Positions 22,561 to 35,180 of a stretch of DNA of 64,000 nt are shown here, piece by piece. The translations under genes were made by a program, and so were the position numbers. Position 1 is the first letter of the stretch. The number at the start of each line of letters is the position of its first letter. The notes under the pieces are model-generated. The model was given only the letters and a program-made list of their open reading frames with translations. It made no database searches and was not told the origin of the DNA. The stretch is from Macrostomum lignano (Eukaryota), in the NCBI GenBank assembly GCA_002269645.1, contig NIVC01000126.1:124001-188000 (forward strand), written 5' to 3'.

Positions 22561-24635
22561 TCTTGGGATATTTTGTTTTTAGAGGGAATGTCTGTTGTTT
22601 TCTTATGAAAGCGTTTTTTGTTGTCTATTTGTTATTTGTAAAGAACAAGGATTCTATCCAGATGTCCCCCATTGGGGTTGGGAGATGAAGATTGCTAGTA
22701 TATTACTATTAATTATATATGTATTGCATGCATATCTCTTCTAGTCATCCATAGTCAAGGAGAAAACATATACGCTAGAAATTTCTGGGGTTGGCTCAAG
22801 AAATTTGGTGTATATGTTAGTGTAAAAAAGTGATTTTGGGCTTTTGGTGCACACTTTTAATTTTTTGATATGTGATAATGCATTGAAAATTTAAAAAGTT
22901 ATGTTATAAAAATCACAGTCACAATAGTTGTCCATGCATTTTAATTGTAAAATTTGATAACTATTTAATGCAAAACTGCTTTCTGGGTTTTTCTACAAGG
23001 TGACAATTGGAAGTTGTAACAAAAATGCACAAACTTTATTTTTGTTATTTATAGATAGAAAAAAGAATATATAAATATAGTTATTTTTTCTCTTTCTCAT
23101 TATCATCTAATCTAATTGAAATTGAATATAAAAATCACTAGTCTAGTTATGTTTTAAATTTTTTAATATGAAGCTTTGCATAAGGTAATGTATTTGGCAT
23201 ACACAGGTATACACCAAAAAATTTGGTAATTTTCCTAGGATATATATAGTGTTCCAAACTATGGCTAAGCAAAGACATTTCCAAGATTAGAAAGTCATGG
23301 CCTTTGTTACTATTCTATAAGTATGCTTTGAGATGTATCAATACTTTGTCTCCTTTCTTGTCTTGGTATTCTATTTATCAGTAGTATATATGGTATATAT
23401 TTCTGCTTCACTTAAAAAAATTAACAAAGTTTGAATCACTTCTCTATACACTCTTATTTATTCAGAACTCACTGAATAGATTTTTTTCAATTAGCTTGTA
23501 AAGTTTAAAGGCAAATTGAAAAAAACAACTCTAACCTATCTTATTTATACTATTTTTTAGGATCATTTTAAGCAAAAAGTAATAAAACTATTTTAGCAAA
23601 TGTCTATTAAAACTAAATGTTTTTCGTGGAAATGTGTAGATTTGAAATTTCATAGGAAATTTTTGTGTAAAAAAGGCTTCCACATTAATATACTTGGTTC
23701 TGTTAAATTAATTGATTTTTATAAGTTAAAATAAACATGTAGGGCTTGAACAATAATTAATTATAGGCATAAATCTTATGTTATACAGACTATATTCTAG
23801 CCTTAGTTCTTAAAATCCTTTTCATCCTATCATAAGAGATATGACTTTTTGTAGCATTTATCTATATAATCATTACACTTATATAGTAGGCTAATTCCAC
23901 AAAAATGAACACTTTAAGAAATGAAAATCTCTAGATTATAGTTGAAGTTGAACTAATAGCTATCTGCCAAAAATTTACAAAAATATTATATAACTTTGAC
24001 TGACTGTTACTATTCATTACTCTTAGACTTTGCCCTGAAACAAAAACAATAAAGATCTTTTCTATTGAATTGAATGCATTAAAGATAAAGCTAAAACTAT
24101 TGAACTGTATTTTTAAATTTCAATTTTTGAAAAATTGGAGACAAATCAACTATGACCAGAATATTGAGTGGGATATTACAAGTAAAAAAATCATAGTAGC
24201 CATAGACTTAAAATACTTGATCTGCCTCTTTGAAACAATTTAATTGATTATCTACTACAAATTTACTAGCTTTTTACTAATATACTTGATATATTTAGTA
24301 ATGTGAATTGCTGATAAATATTTTATACTATCTTAAAAACCTATACAACCCACCTCTAACATTTTCCCAAGCTGAAGCTACTAATAGTAGGGCAAAAACA
24401 ATGCTTAGCCAATAATTCTTTAAAAGAGCCTTATTACATTGCATTCATTATTTTTTATCTTTGATTTCGACTATTAATTATTTAAACTGCCTATAGTTTT
24501 CTGACATTGCAATTCAATTCAATAAACTTTATATTTTTTGCTTTCATGTTGGCATTTTTTGCTTGTTTTGGTAATAAAAGCTGAAATAAATTAAGCGAGC
24601 CTTCAGCTCTATCAGCGTGGCTGTCAGCAGCAATA

Positions 24636-27600
24636 ATGGCTACATTTCCGCAGTCTCCGCCTCTGACAACGGAGACCAGCATTATAGAGGAAGAAGGTGA
24701 CGTTTTTGAAATCACGGATTTCACCAGCGCATCAGACTGGGAGCAGTTCATGTCCGAGTTAGAAGAGGTATTCAACGAATGGAAAGTGGATGGCGGCGGT
24801 CGGTTCTCCGTGAAGTCCGGTGGCACGGGCTTAGAATCGGTGCCTGAGGCTGAGAGAATGGCCGACTCGCGTCACGCCACGGCCGCCGCAGGCAGCAACG
24901 CCACTAGACGATTCGGCACCGATAGGCACTTGGATCGGCAGCAGCACACTTGGAAAGATCAGTCTTGTAGTGTACGGTACATGGACTGCGAGTTTAGATT
25001 GACGCATCATTGTCAAGTAGGTGATTTAGTTAAGTTCCAATTCCATCCAGTAAAGTTTAAATCGCATTCAGTTGAGTTCAAATCCCATCCAGTAAAGTTC
25101 AAACACGCAGTTAAGTTCAAATCCTATTAAGTGTTCAACTTCCACCCACTTCTGTTAAAATCCCATTCAGTTAGGTTCAAATCCCGTCCAGTTGAGTTCA
25201 AATCCCATCCAGTTGTGTTTAAATCCCATCCAGTTGAATTCAAATCCCATCCAATTAAGTTCAAATCCCATCCAGTCCAGTTAAGTTCAAATCCCATTTA
25301 GTTGAGTTCAAATCCCATCTAGTTAAGTTCAAATCCCATCCAGTTGAGTTCAAATCATATTTATTTGAGTTAAATCCCATCCAGTAAAGTTCAAATCCAG
25401 TCCATAAAAATTAAAATCCCATCCAGTATAGTTCAAATCCCATCCAGTATAGTTCAAATCCCATCCAGTATAGTTCAAATCCCATCCAGTATAGTTCAAA
25501 TCTCACCCAGTATAGTTCAAATCCCATACAGTCCAGTTAAGTTCAAATCCCATTTAGTTGAGTTCAAATCCCATCCAGTTGAGTTCAACTCCCATTTATT
25601 TGAGTTCAAATCCCATTCAGTAAAGTTCAAATCCCGTCCATAAAAATTAAAATCCCATCCAGTATAGTTCAAATCCCATCCAGTATAGTTCAAATCTCAC
25701 CCAGTATAGTTCAAATCCCATCCAGTCCAGTTAAGTTCAAATCCCATTTAGTTGAGTTCAAATCCCATCCAGTTGAGTTCAAATCCCATCCAGTTGAGTT
25801 CAACTCCCATTTATTTGAGTTCAAATCCCATCCAGTTGAGTTCAACTCCCATTTATTTGAGTTCAAATCCCATCCAGTAAAGTTCAAATCCCGTCCATAA
25901 AAATTAAAATCCCATCCAGTATAGTTCAAATCCCATCCAGTTGAGTTCAAATCCCATCCAGTATAGTTCAAATCCCATCCAGTTGAGTCCATATTTTAAA
26001 TGTTCCAATTCAAAGACAGCTTATACTTGAAATCCCGACTAAACAGGTTCAGCCTCCAAAGCCTAGCGAAGAAGATCAACCCGATCTAGCTGGGACAGAT
26101 GAAGCTGGGAAAGCAGCTGAGCAGCCTCCGGCCAGCGACAGCAAGACCTTTTGGCCGCCAGTGCTGCATCAGATTGCCTCATCCGATAACGATTTCCCCA
26201 GCGTTGCTCATTGTTTAACACGCTGGTTCGGCCTACGCGAGCTGATTGTAGTGAAGCCGAGCCAAGACCAGACAGTGTGCAATGAGAGTCGATTGCGACT
26301 GTTGCTAAGCAGCCTGTGTATCACTGCGCACAATTCCGGCTGCCACCTGCCGATCTTTCTGCAGGTTGGCCGGCCCGATCGGAGGCTGTACTTTGGCCAG
26401 GTAAGCATTTTTACTTGTAGGTCCTAGGCTCGAATCTTGCGTTCTATTATATGCTGTGTTCAGTAGAAATATTTAAATTTAAATCATACTGCTATTTGTA
26501 TCATCTGAAATTCAATAGAGATTTCCTAGATCCTTAGTTATTAGGCCGCCCTCCAGACCTCCAGTTAATAGGAAGCCCTCTCAGATCCTTAGTAGCTGGG
26601 CCAGCCTCCCAGATCCTCAGTTGCTGGGCCAGCCTATTAAAGTGTCAGTTTCTAGGCCAGCCTTCTAGATCCTCAGTTGCTGGGCCAGCCTCCTAAAGTG
26701 TCAGTTTCTAGGCCAGCCTCCCAAATCCTCAGTTGCTGGGCAACCCTTCCAGATCCTCAGTTGCTGGGCCAGCCTCCTAAAGTGTCAGTTTCTGGGCCAG
26801 TCTCCCAGATCCTCAGTTGCTGGGCCAGCCTCCTAAAGTGTCAGTTTCTGGGCCAGCCTCCTAAAGTGTCAGTTTCTAGGCCAGCATCCCAGATCCTCAG
26901 TTGCTGGGCCAGCCTCCTAAAGTGTCAGTTTCTGGGCCAGCCTCCCAGATCCTCAGTTGCTGGGCTAGCCTCTTAAAGTGTCAGTTTCTAGGCCAGCCTT
27001 CTAGATCCTCAGTTGCTGGGCCAACCTCCCAGATCCTCAGTTGCTGGGCCAGCCTCCCAGATCCTCAGTTGCTGGGCCAGCCTCCCAGATCCTCAGTTGC
27101 TGGGCCAGCCTCCCAGATCCTCAGTTGCTGGGCCAGCCTTGCAAAGTGTCAGTTGTTGGGCCATCCTCATAAAGTGTCGAGTTGGGCCAGCCTCCCAGCT
27201 TCATCCTCAGTTGCTAGCTAGATCTCAGGTTTTCAGCCTCCAACTCTATTACAGATCATACACTGCTTGATACTGAAAGCGCATCCATTATCTGCATCTG
27301 CACAATAGCGCATTAGCATAACTAATTACTCCAGCCAATTTGAAATCCTCGCCGCAGGCCCTCGGCTCCGGGCTCCGCACCCGATTCGAAATAGCCCAGC
27401 TGTGCAAAATCCCCAGGCACTACAGGCACCTGCAAGGCGCTATCGATATGTTTAGACAGCGAATGGCCTGTCCCGCAGTGCAGTCCGGCAGCCAATTCTC
27501 GTCCTCTAACGGGCCATCAATTAGCGCAGCTATTCGACTGAGCTACAGCCTAAGCCAGTTCTCCGACCGCCTGTTAGCCTGTCTGAGTCCCCTGCCCGAC

Positions 27601-30600
27601 ACGCTTCGTCATCGGCGCAATCAGCAGCAACGCGAATTGGACCTGCCAGCTCGGCTTCCTATTGGTCCGTGCGAGGAGCCAATCAGCGAATTGCAATTAG
27701 CCGCCGTTTGGCCTCGCCTAGCCGAAGAGATGGTAGTGGATACGGAGTCCTACACTGATTTGGATCCGTTGCACGCGCCAGTTTGGACTTTGAGGGCGAG
27801 ATTTCTTGACGACGCGCTGTGCAGATTGACCGACTGTTTAGGCCGCCTGCTGAGACTGTGCTCTCGACGAGAGACTGTTCACGACCTGCTAGCTGCGCTC
27901 TTTACTTCGTCGCCGACTGCCGCTGGTGTTGGCGGCACCTCTACCGGGTCTGGTGGCGCTGCCGACGGCGGCGGCGGCGGCGGCAAAAGCAGCGATGGAG
28001 CCGCGTTGGAGTCGGCTACTGCTTCTAGGTAGGTTTGTGATTGTCTTGATAGTTCTGCGCGATGGTTTGTGTTGTCTTGATAGTTCTGCGCGATGGTTTG
28101 TGTTGTCTTGATAGTTCTGCGCGATGGTTTGTGTTGTCTTGATAGTTCTGCGCGATGGTTTGTGTTGTCTTGATAGTTCTGCGCGATGGTCTTGGATTAT
28201 GGGCAATCATCCTTTCAGATCCTCAGTTGCTGGACCAGTCTCCCTGCTACATCCTCAGTTACTGGGCCAGCCTCCCAGCTCCATCCTCAGTTGCTGGGCC
28301 AGCCTCCACAACTCCATGCTCAGTTGCTGGGCCAGCCTCCACAGCTCCATGCTCAGTTGCTGGGCCAGCCTCCACAGCTCCATGCTCAGTTGCTGGGCCA
28401 GCCTCCACAGCTCCATGCTCAGTTGCTCGATCAGTCTCTCAGCTCCATTCTCAGTTGCTCGATCAGTCTCTCAGCTCTATCCTCAGTTGCTCGATCAGTC
28501 TCTCAGCTCCATCCTCAGTTGCTCGATCAGTCTCTCAGCTCCATCCTCAGTTGCTCGATCAGTCTCTCAGCTCCATTCTCAGTTGCTCGATCAGTCTCTC
28601 AGCTCCATCCTCAGTTGCTCGATCAGTCTCTCAGCTCCATCCTCAGTTGCTCGATCAGTCTCTCAGCTCCATCCTCAGTTGCTCGATCAGTCTCTCAGCT
28701 CCATCCTCAGTTGCTCGATCAGTCTCTCAGCTCCATCTTCAGTTGATCGATCAGCCTCTCAGCTCCATCTTCAGTTGCTCGATAAGTCTCTCAGCTCCAT
28801 CCTCAGTTGCTCGATCAGTCTCTCAGCTCCATCCTCAGTTGCTCGATCAGTCTCTCAGCTCCATCCTCAGTTGCTCGATCAGTCTCTCAGCTCCATTCTC
28901 AGTTGCTCGATCAGTCTCTCAGCTCCATCCTCAGTTGCTCGATCAGTCTCTCAGCTCCATCCTCAGTTGCTCGATCAGTCTCTCAGCTCCATCCTCAGTT
29001 GCTCGATCAGTCTCTCAGCTCCATCCTCAGTTGCTCGATCAGTCTCTCAGCTCCATCTTCAGTTGATCGATCAGCCTCTCAGCTCCATCTTCAGTTGCTC
29101 GATAAGTCTCTCAGCTCCATCCTCAGTTGCTCGATCAGTCTCTCAGCTCCATCCTCAGTTGCTCGATCAGTCTCTCAGCTCCATCCTCATTTGCTGAACC
29201 AGCCTCTCAGATCTACCCTCAGTTGCTCGATCAGTTTCTCAGCTCCATCCTCAGTTGCTGGGCAAACCTGTTATTTCCGTTCTCAGTTGCTGAACCAGCC
29301 TGTCAGCTCCATCCTCATTTGCTGAACCAGCCTCTCAGATCCACCCTCAGTTGCTCGATCAGTTTCTCAGCTCCATCCTCAGTTGCTGGGCAAACCTGTT
29401 ATTTCCGTTCTCAGTTGCTGAACCAGCCTGTCAGCTCCATCCTCATTTGCTGAACCAGCCTCTCAGATCCACCCTCAGTTGCTCGATCAGTTTCTCAGCT
29501 CCATCCTCAGTTGCTGGGCAAACCTGTTATTTCCGTTCTCAGTTGCTGTGCCAGCCTCTCAGCTCTATCCCTAGTTGCTTGACCACATCTTGCTACCCTA
29601 TTTCCATATTATAAATCTCTGTATACAAGATACAAATGTACCATTAAAAATTGCCATACAAAACTTCCACTCTGCAGAGCTCTGGACCGTCTGACTGGCA
29701 GCCGAGTGCCCAGCATGACCGACGCTGCCACCGGTGTGGTTCGCCGGGCCACTTCCAAGCTGTCTGTCCGAAGCGACCAATCGGCTCCGTTGAGCGAAGC
29801 CCAGCTGAACAGCTTGCTGCACTTTTTGTTCCCCGATGCGGCAGGAGTGTCGAGTAGGTTTGTTTTGGAGTTTATGATGGAGAACGTTATGTGCGAGATT
29901 TTCAACATTCAAGCTGGTAGCCAATGTCCACTAGAACATCAGGGATGTGGTAGCCAATGACCACTAAAGCATCAGGGATGTGGTAGCCAATGACCACTAA
30001 AGCATCAGGGGATGTGGTAGCCGATGTCCACTAAGGCATCCGGGATGTGGTAACCAGTGTTCACTAAAGCATCAGGGATGTGGTAGCCAATGACTACTAA
30101 AGCATCAGGGATGTGGTAGCCAATGACCACTAAAGCATCAGGGATGTGGTAGCCAATGACCACTAAAGCATCAGGGGATGTGGTAGCCGATGTCCACTAA
30201 GGCATCCGGGATTTGGTAGCCAGTGTTCACTAAAGCATCCGGTATGTGATAGACTATGAAACGTGCTTCCCCCCCCCCTCAGATGCGACTCAGCAGCAGC
30301 CTCAGCAGTACTCCGAGCGAGCTCAGAAGTTGGCTCGCGATCTGAAATGCGCCCCACTGGGCTCCCTTGCCCACCGTCTGGCCCTGGCCGTGGCCACACT
30401 GAATCACACTCACTCCAGCGGTATTCACGCTGTTGCTCACCTGTGGCAAGAGGTGGTGCTGGAATTGCGCTATCGCTGGGAGAACTCCTGTCCGTTGCCA
30501 GCGGCTGCCACGGCGTCGCCTTCTGCCGAGACGGAAGACAGCCAGTGTCAAGAGAACATTGTTGAGACGCCGCCAGACTTGGGCACCTCGCTGTTGCACC

Positions 30601-33600
30601 AAAAATTGCAGATGTTGCAATTGTGTATCGGGCGAAAACTGGCTAGGTTTGTTACTTATAGTAGGCATTGAATGGTTTTTTTAAAATGTAAAAGAAGTAC
30701 ATTCAAAGTTGTCATTAATGTTTAGCATGCTCGGGTGCCATTGTTTAAGTATCTACTTGCCATCTTCGAGTAACTACTCCTGCCATCTTCGAGTATCTAC
30801 TCTCGCCATCTTCGAGTATCTACTCTCGCCATCTTCGAGTATCTACTCTTGCCATCTTCGAGTATCTACTCTTGCCATCTACTCTTGCTATCTTCGATTA
30901 TCTACTCTTGCCATCTACTCTTGCCATCTTCGAGTATCTACTCTTGCCATCTTCGAGTATCCACTCTTGCCATCTACTCTTGCTATCTTCGATTATCTAC
31001 TCTTGCGCCATCTTCGAGTATCTACTCTTGCCATCTTCGAGTATCTACTCTTGTCATCTTCGAGTATCTACTCTTGCCATCTTCGAGTATCTACTCTTGT
31101 CATTTTCGAGTATCCACTCTTGCCATCTTCGAGTATCCACTCTTGCCATCTACTCTTGCTATCTTCGATTATCTACTCTTGCGCCATCTTCGAGTATCTA
31201 CTCTTGCCATCTTCGAGTATCTACTCTTGCCATCTTCGAGTATCTACTCTTGCCATCTTCGAGTATCCACTCTTGCCATCTACTCTTGCTATCTTCGATT
31301 ATCTACTCTTGCGCCATCTTCGAGTATCTACTCTTGCGCCATCTTCGATTATCTACTCTTGCGCCATCTTCGAGTATCTACTCTTGCCATCTTCGAGTAT
31401 CTACTCTTGCCATCTTCGAGTATCTACTCTTGCCATCTTCGAGTATCCACTCTTGCCATCTACTCTTGCTATCTTCGATTATCTACTCTTGCGCCATCTT
31501 CGAGTATCTACTCTTGCCATCTTCGAGTATCTACTCTTGTCATCTTCGAGTATCTACTCCTGCCATCTTCGAGTATCTACTCCTGCCATCTTCGAGTATC
31601 TACTCTTGTGCCATCTTCGAGTATCTACTCTTGTGCCATCTTCGAGTATCTACTCTTGTGCCATCTTCGAGTATCTACTCTTGCCATATCTTCGAGTATC
31701 TACTCCTGCCATCTTCGAGTATCTACTCCTGCCATCTTCGAGTATCTACTCTTGCCATCTTCGAGTATCTACTCCTGCCATCTTCGAGTATCTACTCTTG
31801 CCATCTTCGAGTATCTACTCCTGCCATCTTCGAGTATCTACTCCTGCCATCTTCGAGTATCTACTCAAGTATGCACTAAGGCATGCCTATGCCTATTTGG
31901 TACCGCTAAGAGTCGATCTGCGTATTTCTAGGGAGAAAACCTCCTCCATGGCAACTGTACAGCAACGCGAAGAGTCGGAGTCCGTCACAGCTTCGAGTGA
32001 ACAACAAGCCAACAATGACGTCAACATGGAAGGTGACGTCAGCGTTGACGGAGAGGATGAAGAGGACGAATTCTTCGAATGCGAAGAGGAGCCGCTGCAG
32101 CCCGATCATCAGCCAGACGGTCGGCTTCGACAATTCGTCGTCGCCTCGACATCTTCGTCGGCTTCGGCTGCTGAACCTGCTCGACTGTTGAAACGGCCCG
32201 ACCGAGTGCTGTGGGTTCCGGCTACGCAACAGGCGCCGCCAATGACTGAGGACAGTCTGGAGGAGCACACCGAATTGCTGGCTAAATTGGGCACCGATTC
32301 TCAGGCCGCCGCGCTGCGGGCTCGAATGCAGAGCAGCTCACTGCTCAGCGATATGCAGGCCTTTAAGGTTGGTCTGGGGTTCGATCCCGCGCTGGGAATC
32401 GCTGTTTGATCCCCACACTGGGAATCGCTGTTTGATCCCCACACTGGGAATCGCTGTTTGATCCCTTATTGGGAATCGCTGTTTGATCCCCACACTGGGA
32501 ATCGCTGTTTGATCCCCACACTGGGAATCGCTGTTTGATCCCCACACTGGGAATCGCTGTTTGATCCCCACACTGGGAATCGCTGTTTGATCCCTTATTG
32601 GGAATCGCTGTTTGATCCCCACACTGGGAATCGCTGTTTGATCCCCACACTGGGAATCGCTGTTTGATCCCCACACTGGGAATCGCTGTTTGATCCCCAC
32701 ACTGGGAATCGCTGTTTGATCCCTTATTTGGAATCGCTGTTTGATTCCCACACTGGGAATCGCTGTTTGATCCCCATTGGGAATCGCTATTTACCAACCC
32801 CAATAATCTTAATCAGACCCCGATAATCTTCTCCAACCAACAGTTCGATTTAACCTCCCCTATCAACCTCCGAAAATTTCCCCTACCAATCCCCGATAAT
32901 CTCCCCTACCAACCCCCGATAATCTCCCCTATCAACCTCCGAAAATCTCCCCTATCAACGTCCGAAAATCTCCCCTACCAATCCCCGATAATCTCCCCTA
33001 TTAACCCCCGATAATCTCCCCTACCAATCCCCGATAATCTCCCCTACCAATCCCCGATAATCTCCCACCCACCCTCTCGCCCAGGCTGCCAACCCGGGCT
33101 GCTGCCTGGAAGACTTTGTACGCTGGCATTCGCCCCGAGATTTCTCCAACGGCCAATTGTCAGCAAGAATGCAACTGCCGGGCAATATCTGGCTAGAAAC
33201 CTGGCAGCTTGCCAAGCCCATACCGGCTAGACTGCAACGCCGTCTGTTTGACGATACTAAAGAAGTAGAAAAGATACTCCAACAATTAAGCGGCTTAACG
33301 CCGGCCGAGGTTGCTAAGCTGTTGCTACCCAATGCTGTGCTGGACGGTCTGGCTAGCTTAGTGGATCTGCCAGCCGAAGAGGCAGCTATGCTGTCAGAAT
33401 CAGCGCCCAAGTTTCTGCGCACTCTGGAGGCCGCTTGCGAGAAAGCCTGCGACGCTACGAGAGAGCGGACGGCTAATCCTGATCGATACGAAAGCTTAGT
33501 TAATGATATTGCTTACCTGGAATTGCAGGTAATTTGTTATGATATTGTGAGTCTGAGTATGAGATAAGTTGTAGCCATCTAATTTGATTGGTTTGTTATT

Positions 33601-34775
33601 CATTCAGTCAGTCAGCCAGTCAGCCAGTCAGTCAGCCAGTCAGTCAGTCAGTCAGTCAGCCAGTCAGTCAGTCAGTCAGCCAGTCAGTCAGTCAGTCAGT
33701 CAGCCAGTCAGTCAGTCAGTCAGCCAGTCGGCCAGTCAGCCAGTCAGTCAGCCAGTCAGCCAGTCAGTCAGCCAGTCAGTCAGTCAGTCAGCCAGTCAGT
33801 CAGTCAGTCAGTCAGCCAGCCAGCCAGTCAGTCAGTCAGCCAGTCAGTCAGTCAGCCAGTCAGTCAGTCAGCCAGTCAGTCAGTCAGTCAGTCAGTCAGT
33901 CAGCCAGTCAGTCAGTCAGTCAGTCAGTCAGTCAGTCAGTTAGTTAGTCAGTTAGTACTTTACCACAGAGTTAGTTAACCAGTTAGTTTTTTAGTTTGTT
34001 AGTTCGTCAGTTAGCTAGCTAGTTAATCAGTTAGTTAGTAAGTTAGTCAGTTAGTTAGTAAGTTAGTCAGTTAGTTAGTCAGTTAGTTAGTTAGTTAGTT
34101 ACCGTGCTCCATCCCATCATAACAGCGAACCAGAGGGCGAGTGTAAAGAAATGTGTAAAAATAGCATACGGTAATTATTTATCATAACTATTAATAGCGC
34201 TAAGTGGGCATTGCACATTTATATAGCATTTATATTTTTAGAGATTCAACCTGCCAAAATAAAAAAATTCCCTGTGTTTTGTTTTGTCACCTTGTACCGT
34301 ATTTGCACATCTCATACTGCTTCAGGTGGTTCGACTGCGCTCCCTACTTTTCAAGTTCAACTCCTGCTGTACCGGCGTTGCCAAGGACTCATCTTACTCG
34401 ACTGACCCAGTTATTAGGCAATTCCTTCTAGATCTGCTCAGGCAACCGGAGGTGCCGGTTGTTGGCGCATCTCGAGGCCCTATTGGCAGCGCTTTGCAAC
34501 GAATGTTTGTTGAAAGTCACGCTGCCTCGGCCGCTGCCGCTGCTGCCGCCGCTGCCGCCAATTCTGCAACATCTGCAACATTGGCGGAATCATCTTCTGC
34601 TACTAATAGCGGAGGCAACTTCCCGCCATTCACAGCCAAGGAGATGCTGCTACGATGCGTGGCGCCTCGACCCGGGCCGGGTTCGCGACCGACACCTCAG
34701 CGATTGTACTGCGTATTGGCCAGGGATGACTATCGATTTGCTGGGGCTTTTACTGAGGATACAACGTTTTTGTAG
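24636..34775 (+). CDS. RAB3GAP1: Rab3 GTPase-activating protein catalytic subunit, 8 exons
   Basis: Exons 24636-25016, 26047-26400, 27358-28028, 29678-29853, 30283-30646, 31932-32367, 33085-33528 and 34326-34775, all GT-AG and phase-consistent. Motifs include VFEITDFTSASDWEQF, NDFPSVAHCLTRWFGLRE, HLWQEVVLELRYRWEN, LLSDMQAFKAANPGCCLEDFVRWHSPRD and QRLYCVL..DDYRFAGAF. Confidence 0.95.
25040..25990 (+). repeat. 21-bp minisatellite in RAB3GAP1 intron 1
   Basis: (AAATCCCATCCAGTTGAGTTC)n with variants. Confidence 0.9.
26570..27210 (+). repeat. 28-bp minisatellite in RAB3GAP1 intron 2
   Basis: CCTCAGTTGCTGGGCCAGCCTCCCAGAT alternates with GTGTCAGTTTCTGGGCCAGCCTCCTAAA. Confidence 0.9.
28034..28190 (+). 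repeat. 31-bp minisatellite at the start of RAB3GAP1 intron 3
   Basis: About five copies of GTTCTGCGCGATGGTTTGTGTTGTCTTGATA (28052, 28083, 28114, 28145, 28176). Confidence 0.9.
28215..29570 (+). repeat. 33/32-bp minisatellite in RAB3GAP1 intron 3
   Basis: 33-bp CTCAGTTGCTGGGCCAGCC units grade into 32-bp CTCAGTTGCTCGATCAGTCTCTCAGCTCCATC units. Confidence 0.9.
29915..30240 (+). repeat. 33-bp minisatellite in RAB3GAP1 intron 4
   Basis: (CATCAGGGATGTGGTAGCCAATGACCACTAAAG)n. Confidence 0.9.
30755..31866 (+). repeat. 23-bp minisatellite in RAB3GAP1 intron 5
   Basis: (GCCATCTTCGAGTATCTACTCTT)n with higher-order blocks. Confidence 0.9.
32392..32790 (+). repeat. 26-bp minisatellite in RAB3GAP1 intron 6 (5' part)
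   Basis: (GGGAATCGCTGTTTGATCCCCACACT)n. Confidence 0.9.
32795..33070 (+). repeat. 23-bp C-rich minisatellite in RAB3GAP1 intron 6 (3' part)
   Basis: (AATCTCCCCTACCAATCCCCGAT)n. Confidence 0.85.
33602..34100 (+). repeat. (CAGT)n / (TAGT)n microsatellite in RAB3GAP1 intron 7
   Basis: Tetranucleotide array visible directly. Confidence 0.95.
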
Positions 34776-34784
34776 TTGCGGCCT

Positions 34785-35180
34785 GTTGGCATAGCAACCG
34801 TTAGTTACTATGCACTCGATTGAATACTAGTTGCTTTGCAGTCTATGACTATGCGCGATTTAATTTGTCACCATAGCAACCGCAGCTTTAGTTGCTATGC
34901 AGCTATTTGCTATTATTACCATAGCAACCGCAGCTTTGGTTGCTTTGCAGTCTATGACTTTATGCGCGATTCAATTTATCGCCATAGCAACCGCAGATTT
35001 AGTTGCTATGCAGTTGTGCGTTATTATCATCATAGCAACAGCAGATTTAGTTGCTATGCAGTTGTGCGTTATTATTATCATAGCAACCGCAGCTTTAGTT
35101 GCTACGCAGTTATTTGCTACTATCACCATAGCAACCACAGCTTTAGTTGCATATTTGTTTTATTGCCATAGCAACGGCAT
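34785..35180 (+). repeat. 48-bp tandem repeat with an internal 9-bp inverted repeat, just after the RAB3GAP1 stop
   Basis: CATAGCAAC at 34790, 34872, 34920, 34983, 35031, 35079, 35127 and 35167. Most are followed after ~10 nt by GTTGCTATG or a variant. Confidence 0.85.

Noticed and set aside
28124-31931. Long ORFs of 300-566 aa (28124, 28155, 30709, 30849, 30872)
   Set aside because: Stop-free translations of intronic minisatellites. Only the end of the 30709 ORF (from 31932) is a real RAB3GAP1 exon.
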